Positions 49,912-64,000 of a stretch of DNA of 64,000 nt are shown here, in pieces; position 1 is the stretch's first letter, and each line of letters starts with the position of its first letter. The stretch is from the NCBI RefSeq assembly GCF_045037415.1, contig NZ_CP173438.1. One strand, 5' to 3'. The notes beneath the pieces are model-generated. The model had not been told where the DNA came from and ran no database searches. It saw nothing but the letters and a program-made list of their open reading frames with translations. A program made the translations under genes and the position numbers. This stretch comes from Escherichia coli (GTDB lineage: Bacteria > Pseudomonadota > Gammaproteobacteria > Enterobacterales > Enterobacteriaceae).

Positions 49912-51138
49912 ATGTCACCCTGTGAAAATGACACCCCTATAAACTGGAAACGAAACCTGATCGTCGCCTGGCTAGGCTGTTTTCTTACCGGTGCCGCCTT
50001 CAGCCTGGTAATGCCCTTCTTACCCCTCTACGTTGAGCAGCTTGGCGTTACCGGCCACTCCGCCCTGAATATGTGGTCCGGTATTGTCTTCAGCATTACA
50101 TTTTTATTTTCGGCCATCGCCTCACCGTTTTGGGGTGGACTCGCCGATCGTAAAGGCCGAAAACTCATGCTATTACGCTCTGCTCTCGGCATGGGCATCG
50201 TGATGGTGTTGATGGGACTGGCACAAAATATCTGGCAGTTTTTGATCCTGCGGGCGCTTCTTGGTTTACTTGGCGGATTTGTCCCCAACGCTAATGCTCT
50301 TATCGCCACACAAGTACCGCGTAATAAAAGCGGCTGGGCGCTGGGTACGCTCTCCACAGGCGGCGTTAGCGGCGCGTTGCTCGGCCCAATGGCTGGCGGT
50401 TTGCTCGCCGATAGCTACGGCTTACGTCCGGTATTCTTTATTACCGCCAGTGTGCTCATACTCTGCTTTTTCGTCACCCTGTTTTGCATCAGAGAAAAAT
50501 TCCAGCCGGTCAGCAAAAAAGAGATGCTGCACATGCGGGAAGTGGTGACATCACTTAAAAACCCGAAACTGGTACTCAGCCTGTTTGTCACCACGTTAAT
50601 CATCCAGGTGGCGACGGGCTCAATTGCCCCCATTCTGACGCTGTATGTCCGCGAACTGGCGGGTAACGTCAGTAACGTCGCCTTTATCAGTGGCATGATC
50701 GCCTCGGTGCCAGGCGTGGCGGCTCTGCTAAGTGCACCACGACTCGGCAAACTTGGCGATCGAATCGGACCCGAAAAGATCCTGATTACGGCGCTGATCT
50801 TTTCTGTACTGCTGTTGATCCCAATGTCTTACGTTCAGACGCCATTGCAACTTGGGATTTTACGTTTTTTGCTCGGTGCCGCCGATGGTGCACTACTCCC
50901 CGCCGTACAGACACTATTAGTTTATAACTCGAGCAACCAGATCGCCGGGCGTATCTTCAGCTATAACCAATCGTTTCGTGATATTGGCAACGTTACCGGA
51001 CCATTGATGGGAGCAGCGATTTCAGCGAACTACGGTTTTAGGGCGGTATTTCTCGTCACCGCTGGCGTAGTGTTATTCAACGCAGTCTATTCATGGAACA
51101 GTCTACGTCGTCGTCGAATCCCCCAGATATCGAACTGA
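49912..51138 (+). CDS. mdtG: MFS multidrug efflux transporter
   Basis: 408 aa [44 protein letters not shown]... Confidence 0.93.
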   Translation: MSPCENDTPINWKRNLIVAWLGCFLTGAAFSLVMPFLPLYVEQLGVTGHSALNMWSGIVFSITFLFSAIASPFWGGLADRKGRKLMLLRSALGMGIVMVLMGLAQNIWQFLILRALLGLLGGFVPNANALIATQVPRNKSGWALGTLSTGGVSGALLGPMAGGLLADSYGLRPVFFITASVLILCFFVTLFCIREKFQPVSKKEMLHMREVVTSLKNPKLVLSLFVTTLIIQVATGSIAPILTLYVRELAGNVSNVAFISGMIASVPGVAALLSAPRLGKLGDRIGPEKILITALIFSVLLLIPMSYVQTPLQLGILRFLLGAADGALLPAVQTLLVYNSSNQIAGRIFSYNQSFRDIGNVTGPLMGAAISANYGFRAVFLVTAGVVLFNAVYSWNSLRRRRIPQISN

Positions 51139-51220
51139 TTTTTCGCCTTTCATACTTGCAAAAGCGGAGAATCAGCTATCCTTTTCCCTGAAACCTCATC
51201 AACTCAAAGGGAGAATCGTG

Positions 51221-51595
51221 ATGACCATGTACGCAACGCTTGAAGAAGCCATTGACGCTGCACGCGAAGAATTTCTTGCAGACAACCCCGGCATCGACGC
51301 CGAAAACGCGAATGTGCAACAGTTCAATGCCCAAAAATACGTTTTGCAGGACGGCGACATCATGTGGCAAGTTGAGTTTTTTGCCGACGAAGGGGAAGAA
51401 GGTGAATGTTTACCCATGCTTAGCGGTGAAGCTGCGCAAAGTGTCTTTGACGGCGACTATGATGAGATAGAGATCCGCCAGGAGTGGCAAGATGAGAATA
51501 CATTACATGAATGGGACGAGGGGGAATTTCAGCTTGAGCCACCGCTGGATACCGAGGAAGGACGCACAGCAGCTGATGAGTGGGATGAACGTTAA
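51221..51595 (+). CDS. msyB: acidic protein MsyB
   Basis: ORF (M)MTMYATLEEAIDAAREEFLADNPGID..., extremely acidic; start taken at ATG 51221 (124 aa). Confidence 0.9.
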   Translation: MTMYATLEEAIDAAREEFLADNPGIDAENANVQQFNAQKYVLQDGDIMWQVEFFADEGEEGECLPMLSGEAAQSVFDGDYDEIEIRQEWQDENTLHEWDEGEFQLEPPLDTEEGRTAADEWDER

Positions 51596-51823
51596 TCACT
51601 CATACGGGCCATGATGAATGTCGATCGGCAGCAGTAAGGTATCGAAAACCAGGGAGAATGGCAGATCAAGGATCGTGACGTAACGCCAGGCGGAGTCACG
51701 CACGTCCCATTGCACACCGGGATAATATTGGTTGCCATGCCCCTGCCCCGGTATAGTGCGACTAATGATGCTGCCACAGCCACTCAGCAAGGTCACCATT
51801 ATGCTCACCACAATTAAACGCAT
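51596..51823 (-). CDS. yceK: lipoprotein YceK
   Basis: ORF with MRLIVVSIMVTLLSGC... (lipobox LSGC), 75 aa; longer upstream extension in ORF track not supported. Confidence 0.85.
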   Translation of the reverse strand: MRLIVVSIMVTLLSGCGSIISRTIPGQGHGNQYYPGVQWDVRDSAWRYVTILDLPFSLVFDTLLLPIDIHHGPYE

Positions 51824-51840
51824 TTGATACCTCTTCCGTA

Positions 51841-51870
51841 AAAAATACCGGCATAACGCCGGTATTTTTA
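51841..51870. terminator. bidirectional rho-independent terminator (ends opgGH transcript)
   Basis: aaaaataccggc-ataac-gccggtattttta: stem flanked by A-run and T-run. Confidence 0.8.
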
Positions 51871-51884
51871 TTGGCTCGTTGTTT

Positions 51885-51990
51885 TTGCCGGATGCGGCGT
51901 GAACGCCTTGCCAGACCCACAAAATCTTGCAAAATCAATAAATTGCAGGAACGATGTAGGCCTGATAAGCGTAGCGCATCAGGCAACTAC
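51885..51990. repeat. REP / BIME cluster downstream of opgH
   Basis: gccggatgcggcgtgaacgcc... and gtaggcctgataagcgtagcgcatcaggc, typical REP palindromes. Confidence 0.8.
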
Positions 51991-51994
51991 GTTT

Positions 51995-56177
<4,183 letters not shown>

Positions 56178-56459
56178 TCAGCACACTGGCTCATGGATTA
56201 AGCACCTGATTGCAACCGTTTTCACTTTCCGTGCTTCTCCTAAAGACAGAAGCATCGACTTCGTGTAGGGTTTGCCAGCAAATTTATTTATCAACCGTCT
56301 TACAGACGCTTCCATTCTGGTTAGTGGTAGCGATGATGCTATGCATAAAAACCTTGAAGCCTGCGCCTGGCGCGGTCAGGTCGGTGTCACTATGGCAACA
56401 AGCCTAAAGGCATAACCCGACAGGGATAAGACGAAAAATCTGAGATCAGTTAACCATAT

Positions 56460-57617
56460 ATGAATCCAGTACCCGCGCAACGTGAATATTTCCTCGACTC
56501 CATCCGCGCCTGGCTGATGTTGTTAGGGATCCCTTTTCATATTTCTTTAATCTATTCGAGCCATACATGGCATGTGAATAGCGCCGAGCCGTCATTGTGG
56601 CTGACCCTTTTTAATGACTTCATCCACTCGTTCCGCATGCAGGTGTTTTTCGTTATATCCGGGTACTTTTCCTACATGCTTTTTTTACGCTATCCCTTGA
56701 AAAAATGGTGGAAAGTACGTGTCGAACGTGTAGGTATCCCGATGTTAACAGCCATCCCCTTACTGACATTGCCGCAATTTATTATGCTGCAATACGTCAA
56801 AGGCAAAGCGGAAAGTTGGCCTGGGCTGTCATTGTATGACAAATATAATACGTTGGCCTGGGAATTAATATCACACCTGTGGTTTTTACTGGTGTTAGTG
56901 GTCATGACGACGCTGTGCGTATGGATATTTAAACGCATCAGAAATAATTTAGAAAATTCTGATAAAACGAATAAAAAATTCTCGATGGTAAAATTATCGG
57001 TGATTTTTTTGTGCCTCGGCATCGGTTATGCGGTAATAAGAAGAACGATTTTTATTGTGTATCCACCCATTCTGAGTAACGGCATGTTCAATTTTATTGT
57101 CATGCAAACGTTATTTTATTTGCCGTTCTTTATCCTCGGCGCACTGGCTTTCATTTTCCCTCATCTTAAAGCCTTGTTTACCACGCCTTCTCGTGGCTGT
57201 ACCCTTGCAGCAGCATTGGCGTTTGTCGCTTATTTACTCAACCTGCGCTATGGCAGTGGCGATGCCTGGATGTATGAAACCGAGTCGGTGATCACCATGG
57301 TCCTCGGTCTGTGGATGGTGAATGTGGTCTTCTCCTTTGGCCACCGTTTGCTTAACTTCCAGTCAGCGCGGGTGACTTATTTTGTTAACGCATCGCTGTT
57401 TATCTATCTGGTTCACCACCCGTTAACGCTGTTTTTCGGCGCATACATTACACCACACATCACCTCCAACTGGCTTGGTTTTCTCTGTGGCCTGATATTC
57501 GTAGTAGGGATTGCGATAATTCTGTATGAAATTCATTTACGCATCCCATTATTGAAGTTTTTGTTCTCTGGTAAACCGGTTGTTAAGCGTGAGAACGATA
57601 AAGCACCTGCCCGTTAA
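56460..57617 (+). CDS. opgC: OPG succinyltransferase (acyltransferase-3 family membrane protein)
   Basis: 385 aa polytopic [36 protein letters not shown]... Confidence 0.92.
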   Translation: MNPVPAQREYFLDSIRAWLMLLGIPFHISLIYSSHTWHVNSAEPSLWLTLFNDFIHSFRMQVFFVISGYFSYMLFLRYPLKKWWKVRVERVGIPMLTAIPLLTLPQFIMLQYVKGKAESWPGLSLYDKYNTLAWELISHLWFLLVLVVMTTLCVWIFKRIRNNLENSDKTNKKFSMVKLSVIFLCLGIGYAVIRRTIFIVYPPILSNGMFNFIVMQTLFYLPFFILGALAFIFPHLKALFTTPSRGCTLAAALAFVAYLLNLRYGSGDAWMYETESVITMVLGLWMVNVVFSFGHRLLNFQSARVTYFVNASLFIYLVHHPLTLFFGAYITPHITSNWLGFLCGLIFVVGIAIILYEIHLRIPLLKFLFSGKPVVKRENDKAPAR

Positions 57618-57624
57618 GCCGCGT

Positions 57625-59115
57625 TTACAATAACCATTCCACGGGCAATATCGACGCCAGTTTGACCATAACCCGCTTCCAGAAACTGGTGGCGGGTTCT
57701 TTTTTGAGAATAATCTCTTTCTTTGCATGACGATCAACCCAGTTGATCCGTCCCCACCTGTCCAGACGGAGCTGCCAGGCCGCATCATACTGGCTCTGAA
57801 TAAAGCGTTTATCAATTAACTGTGCCAGCGTTTCGCTCTCTATCACGAAGCCCATTTCAGTATTGAGCAATGTTGAACGCGGATCGAAATTGAAAGAGCC
57901 AATAAACACCGTTTTACCATCGATGCTAAAGGTTTTAGCATGCAGGCTGGCACCGGAATTACCGGTTATACCGCGATCGTGTAATGTACTACTTTGTTCA
58001 CGCGTCGGCTTGAGTTCATATAATTCCACCCCATAGCGAAGCAATTTTTTGCGCCAGCGCGCGTATCCGGCATGGACGACAGCAACATCGTTAGCGGCAA
58101 GAGAATTGGTTAGGATCGCAATCTTTACCCCTTTTCTCACCATCCGTAAGAGTTGCGCCACACCTGCACGTGTCGGTACAAAATAGGAAGAGATAATATC
58201 GATGCGTTCACTGGGTGAGCCCATGATATCGAACAGGCGCTGCGGTAACAGTGAATGCCGTTTTGCCTTGCCCTCCCCTTTCGCCGGATCATCACTTAAT
58301 AAACATGTTTTCGCCCAGATAAGCGGCAACGTTCCATCAACCAGATGATGTATAAACGGACTGGATTCCATTTTGCGTAAGTAACGATGCGTCATGACAT
58401 CGTTATGCCAGGAGGCGGGTAACTCGATGTGATCCGCCATTTCACCTTCCGGGACATCCAGCACCTGCTGTAAGGGGGAAACCGATTTGCAATACCAGTA
58501 GCGGGCGAAATCATCGGCAACGTCCTCTACCACGGGTCCTATTGCCATGACATCTAAATCCGAAAAAAGTGGCTCTTCCCCTGCCCCAAAATAGGCATCA
58601 CCAATATTTCGTCCTCCCACCAGCGTCACCACGCCATCGACAGTGAAACTTTTATTGTGCATACGGCGATTGAGACGGGAAAAGTCGGTGATATAACCAA
58701 GCGGACGTAGCAAACGAAACGAGAAAGGATTAAAAAGCCGGACTTCAATGCGTGGATGGCTGTCAAGCAAGCGTAAAATGTCATCAAGTCCGGGCGTATT
58801 GTTGTCGTCCAGCAACAAACGGACGCGAACGCCACGCTTTGCTGCGGCTAACAGGGCGGAAAACAGTAACCGACCCGACATATCGTCCTGCCAGATGTAA
58901 TACTGAACATCCAGCGTATGCTCTGCCATTTCAGCCAGACGATACCGGGCGGCAAACGCATCCAGACTTTTCTCCAGAGGAAAAAGTCCACACTGACCGG
59001 GATGTTGCGAACACAGTGGCAGCACCGCGCTCGCCAGCCGAGGCAAATCATTCATCTCCTTGTTGGGTAAGGAGTCTTTCGTAGAGGTGGGCGTTTTCTT
59101 CATCATAACAGACAA
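57625..59115 (-). CDS. clsC: cardiolipin synthase C (PLD superfamily); start codon uncertain
   Basis: ORF with two HxK(x)4D-type PLD motifs (…[11 protein letters not shown]… and …HAKTFSIDG…); maximal ORF given; a start at ATG 59053-59055 ([11 protein letters not shown]...) is an alternative. Confidence 0.88.
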   Translation of the reverse strand: MSVMMKKTPTSTKDSLPNKEMNDLPRLASAVLPLCSQHPGQCGLFPLEKSLDAFAARYRLAEMAEHTLDVQYYIWQDDMSGRLLFSALLAAAKRGVRVRLLLDDNNTPGLDDILRLLDSHPRIEVRLFNPFSFRLLRPLGYITDFSRLNRRMHNKSFTVDGVVTLVGGRNIGDAYFGAGEEPLFSDLDVMAIGPVVEDVADDFARYWYCKSVSPLQQVLDVPEGEMADHIELPASWHNDVMTHRYLRKMESSPFIHHLVDGTLPLIWAKTCLLSDDPAKGEGKAKRHSLLPQRLFDIMGSPSERIDIISSYFVPTRAGVAQLLRMVRKGVKIAILTNSLAANDVAVVHAGYARWRKKLLRYGVELYELKPTREQSSTLHDRGITGNSGASLHAKTFSIDGKTVFIGSFNFDPRSTLLNTEMGFVIESETLAQLIDKRFIQSQYDAAWQLRLDRWGRINWVDRHAKKEIILKKEPATSFWKRVMVKLASILPVEWLL

Positions 59116-59581
59116 AGTATACCTGTTCGGGTAAAGCGTGACGGGTAATAAATTCTGAAACGGTTTTTACTGCGATTTCAGCCGCTGCCGCACGGGGATA
59201 ACCATAAACCCCAGTACTGATTGCAGGAAAAGCCACTGACGTATAGCTGTTTGCCGCCACCAGTCGTAGGCTATTGAGATAGGCATCCTGCAAAAGCTGG
59301 TCTTCGTTTTGTTCACCACCACGCCAGACTGGCCCGACGGTGTGCACTACGGCTTTAGCGGGAAGATCGCCTGCAAGCGTAATAACGGCATGCCCCGTAG
59401 GGCAATCGCCCTGCTGCTGCCTGACTTTTAAACAGGCATCCAGCAGGGCCGGACCCGCTGCGCGATGAATGGCCCCATCGACGCCGCCGCCTCCCATTAA
59501 TGACGGATTAGCCGCATTCACAATCACATCAACGGCCAGTTTGGTAATATCACCCTGCACAACATGAATACGCGTTTTCAT
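59048..59581 (-). CDS. ymdB: macrodomain O-acetyl-ADP-ribose deacetylase
   Basis: 177 aa [46 protein letters not shown]... macro domain. Confidence 0.93.
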
Positions 59582-59675
59582 AACGCCTCCTTACACCTTC
59601 TTGTTTCCTAAGTGTACAGCAGGCTTTTTAGTTAAATCGCATTTTTCTGCTTAGCAACGTGAGTTGTTCAGAAAC

Positions 59676-60078
<403 letters not shown>

Positions 60079-60079
60079 G

Positions 60080-60440
<361 letters not shown>

Positions 60441-60499
60441 ATTCTTCTCCCGAAAAAAAAACAGGGCTTACGCCCTGTTTCTTTCATACAGATGATGTA

Positions 60500-60958
60500 T
60501 TAGTACTGATGAGCGGTCGCGTTGTTACCAAAGCCAACCTGAGTGACGTTAACGCTGGAGTTAGATGCAGTCTGGTCAACAGCAGCACCGTTACCGCCAC
60601 CGAACTGTTTAACAGTCATAGTAGAATCTTTACCATTCCACTGATCAAGAGTAGCGCTGTTGCCGAAACCACGCTGAGTCAGATCGATTGAGCTGTCATC
60701 AGAACCTTGGCCAACATCTGCACCATTACCGCCGCCGTGCTGGGTAATGGTCAGATCAGAGTTGCGGGCGTCAGCTTGCAGAGCAAGAGCAGAGTTACCG
60801 CCACCGTACTGGTAAATATTCAGCTCTGAATTCGGGCCGCTGTTATTACCGCCACCACCGTGGTTGCCGCCACCGCCGCCGTACTGAGGAACAACACCTG
60901 CCAGAGCGCTACCGGAGAATACGATTGCTGCAATTGCTGCTACTTTTAAAAGTTTCAT
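60500..60958 (-). CDS. csgA: major curlin subunit
   Basis: 152 aa ORF with signal peptide and five imperfect repeats of the S-x5-Q-x-G-x-G-N-x-A-x3-Q type. Confidence 0.97.
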   Translation of the reverse strand: MKLLKVAAIAAIVFSGSALAGVVPQYGGGGGNHGGGGNNSGPNSELNIYQYGGGNSALALQADARNSDLTITQHGGGNGADVGQGSDDSSIDLTQRGFGNSATLDQWNGKDSTMTVKQFGGGNGAAVDQTASNSSVNVTQVGFGNNATAHQY

Positions 60959-60998
60959 GTAAAACCCCCATCGGATTGATTTAAAAGTCGAATGGAAA

Positions 60999-61454
60999 TT
61001 AACGTTGTGTCACGCGAATAGCCATTTGCGACTGTCTCTGCACTACAATTGCCGTTTTTTGAGTACCATACTGTGTAATATTTGCTTTATTACCAGAACC
61101 TTTCTGGATAATCATCGCAGTATTACCATAAGCACCTTGCGAAATACTGGCATCGTTGGCACTGCCCGCCTGATCAATATATGCAAGGTTATAATCTCCT
61201 GTCTGGTCAATCTTTGCCCGGTTGCTACTACCTTCTTGCGCAACAACCGCCAAAAGTTTTGAGCCTCCCTGCCGTAACTGAGCACTATTATTAGTCCCAG
61301 CTTGACCAATTATGGCTGCCTGATTAAATGAAGACTTACTCAATTCATTTACCGCAAAGTTATATTCTGAATTAGCTAAATCATAACCTGCTGCGGCTGC
61401 AATCCCAGGCGCACCCAGTATTGTTAACATCATAAATAACAATTTGTTTTTCAT
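60999..61454 (-). CDS. csgB: minor curlin subunit / nucleator
   Basis: ORF with MKNKLLFMMLTILGAPGIAAA... start (ATG 61452-61454, 151 aa) and curlin repeats. Confidence 0.95.
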   Translation of the reverse strand: MKNKLLFMMLTILGAPGIAAAAGYDLANSEYNFAVNELSKSSFNQAAIIGQAGTNNSAQLRQGGSKLLAVVAQEGSSNRAKIDQTGDYNLAYIDQAGSANDASISQGAYGNTAMIIQKGSGNKANITQYGTQKTAIVVQRQSQMAIRVTQR

Positions 61455-62206
61455 GTTGTCACCCTGGACCTGGTCGTACATTTAAGAAATTAAATCATTT
61501 CAACTTGGTTGTTAACGCAACCCGTATTTTGTTAACGCTGCGTTACGATGGAAAGTATGTCTGCGGAAATATTTTTAATAACTCACCCGCGCGTTGTATT
61601 TTTCTTTTTTTGTTCATACCAAAGTATTAAAACCCACGTAAATACGCTGTTATCTACGCAAAAAATATTTTGTTTTCTTTTAAATCTCCGTTTTCCGCTA
61701 TCAAAAATCACCAGACAGTCATTCTTCTTGCCCGTCGCTGATTGCTGCGATATGTCTTGCGCACAAGCCGTGACAAACCTCGTCTTTTTGCAGTAAAAAA
61801 TTGTCCACGGTGGTATGGAGAAAAAACAAGAACGTTTTACATGACGAAAGGACTACAGCGAAATATTTTTTATATGCATTATTAGTAAGTTAGCACCATT
61901 TGTATGATTTTTTAAAATTGTGCAATAAAAACCAAATGTACAACTTTTCTATCATTTCTAAACTTAATAAAACCTTAAGATTAACATTTTAATATAACGA
62001 GTTACATTTAGTTACATGTTTAACACTTGATTTAAGATTTGTAATGGCTAGATTGAAATCAGATGTAATCCATTAGTTTTATATTTTACCCATTTAGGGC
62101 TGATTTATTACTACACACAGCAGTGCAACATCTGTCAGTACTTCTGGTGCTTCTATTTTAGAGGCAGCTGTCAGGTGTGCGAACAATAAAAAAGCGGGGT
62201 TTCATC
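61455..62206. promoter_or_regulatory. csgBAC / csgDEFG divergent intergenic regulatory region
   Basis: 752 bp strongly AT-rich non-coding gap between divergent csgB and csgD; in E. coli it is known to hold the csgB and csgD promoters, many regulator binding sites and the long csgD 5' UTR. Confidence 0.85.
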
Positions 62207-62857
<651 letters not shown>

Positions 62858-62861
62858 AGCC

Positions 62862-63251
62862 ATGAAACGTTATTTACGCTGGATTGTGGCGGCAGAATTT
62901 CTGTTCGCCGCAGGGAATCTTCATGCCGTTGAGGTAGAAGTCCCGGGATTGTTAACTGACCATACTGTTTCATCTATTGGCCATGATTTTTACCGAGCCT
63001 TTAGTGATAAATGGGAAAGTGACTATACGGGTAACTTAACGATTAATGAAAGGCCCAGTGCACGATGGGGAAGTTGGATCACTATAACGGTCAATCAGGA
63101 CGTTATTTTCCAGACTTTTTTATTTCCGTTGAAAAGAGACTTCGAGAAAACTGTCGTCTTTGCACTGATTCAAACTGAAGAAGCACTAAATCGTCGCCAG
63201 ATAAACCAGGCGTTATTAAGTACGGGCGATTTGGCGCATGATGAATTTTAA
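62862..63251 (+). CDS. csgE: curli secretion specificity factor
   Basis: 129 aa [47 protein letters not shown]... Confidence 0.95.
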
Positions 63252-63275
63252 ATAATAAATTGTTCGGAGGCTGCA

Positions 63276-63692
63276 ATGCGTGTCAAACATGCAGTAGTTC
63301 TACTCATGCTTATTTCGCCATTAAGTTGGGCTGGATCCATGACTTTCCAGTTCCGTAATCCAAACTTTGGTGGTAACCCAAATAATGGCGCTTTTTTGTT
63401 AAATAGCGCTCAGGCACAAAACTCTTATAAAGATCCGAGCTATAACGATGACTTTGGTATTGAAACGCCATCAGCGTTAGATAACTTTACTCAGGCCATC
63501 CAGTCACAAATTTTGGGTGGGCTACTGTCGAATATTAATACCGGTAAACCGGGCCGCATGGTGACCAACGATTATATTGTTGATATTGCTAACCGCGATG
63601 GTCAATTGCAGTTGAACGTGACAGATCGTAAAACCGGACAAACCTCGACCATCCAGGTTTCGGGTTTACAAAATAACTCAACCGATTTTTAA
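63276..63692 (+). CDS. csgF: curli assembly component
   Basis: 138 aa [46 protein letters not shown]... Confidence 0.95.
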   Translation: MRVKHAVVLLMLISPLSWAGSMTFQFRNPNFGGNPNNGAFLLNSAQAQNSYKDPSYNDDFGIETPSALDNFTQAIQSQILGGLLSNINTGKPGRMVTNDYIVDIANRDGQLQLNVTDRKTGQTSTIQVSGLQNNSTDF

Positions 63693-63718
63693 GCCCCAGC
63701 TTCATAAGGAAAATAATC

Positions 63719-64000
63719 ATGCAGCGCTTATTTCTTTTGGTTGCCGTCATGTTACTGAGCGGATGCTTAACCGCCCCGCCTAAAGAAGCCGCCAGACCGA
63801 CATTAATGCCTCGTGCTCAGAGCTACAAAGATTTGACCCATCTGCCAGCGCCGACGGGTAAGATCTTTGTTTCGGTATACAACATTCAGGACGAAACCGG
63901 ACAATTTAAACCCTACCCGGCAAGTAACTTCTCCACTGCTGTTCCGCAAAGCGCCACGGCAATGCTGGTCACGGCACTGAAAGATTCTCGCTGGTTTATA
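63719..64000 (+). CDS. csgG: curli secretion channel lipoprotein, N-terminal part (gene runs off the right edge)
   Basis: ATG at 63719 then MQRLFLLVAVMLLSGCLTAPPKEAARPTLMPRAQSYKDLTHLPAPTGKIFVSVYNIQDETGQF... (lipobox LSGC); no stop before window end. Confidence 0.93.
   Translation, partial: MQRLFLLVAVMLLSGCLTAPPKEAARPTLMPRAQSYKDLTHLPAPTGKIFVSVYNIQDETGQFKPYPASNFSTAVPQSATAMLVTALKDSRWFI

Noticed and set aside
60500-61454. Repetitive GGNGG-type segments in csgA and csgB considered as possible CRISPR or tandem-repeat array
   Set aside because: The repeats are in-frame amyloid repeat units of the curlin proteins (about 66-69 nt imperfect periodicity inside ORFs), with no direct-repeat/spacer architecture and no cas genes nearby.

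Overview
This 64 kb window reads as ordinary core chromosome of Escherichia coli (K-12-like gene order, reverse-complemented relative to the usual K-12 orientation); I found no undescribed system in it. Every ORF of meaningful size is accounted for by a well-known gene, and the order is: ycfP (partial) - nagZ - thiK - lpoB - ycfL - hinT - fhuE - ptsG - ycfH - holB - tmk - mltG(yceG) - pabC - fabF - acpP - fabG - fabD - fabH - plsX - rpmF - yceD - yceF - rluC - rne - flgLKJIHGFEDCB / flgAMN - murJ - mviM - yceH - rimJ - mdtH - grxB - yceB - pyrC - dinI - bssS - solA - yceO - yceJ - yceI - yceA - lpxL - mdtG - msyB - yceK - opgHG / opgC - clsC - ymdB - ymdA - csgCAB / csgDEFG (partial). Gene calls rest on reading the six-frame translations against my recollection of the E. 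coli proteins; no database search was run, so start codons and strain identity are unverified. There is no sign of a mobile element, prophage, CRISPR array, tRNA or rRNA gene, or inserted island. The points worth a second look are regulatory and small-scale: the rne leader, the flgL 3' UTR, the ptsG and csgD control regions, sigma-28 promoters, LexA/PurR/Fur operators, REP/BIME repeats, overlapping gene junctions, and a CsgA allele that seems to differ from K-12.
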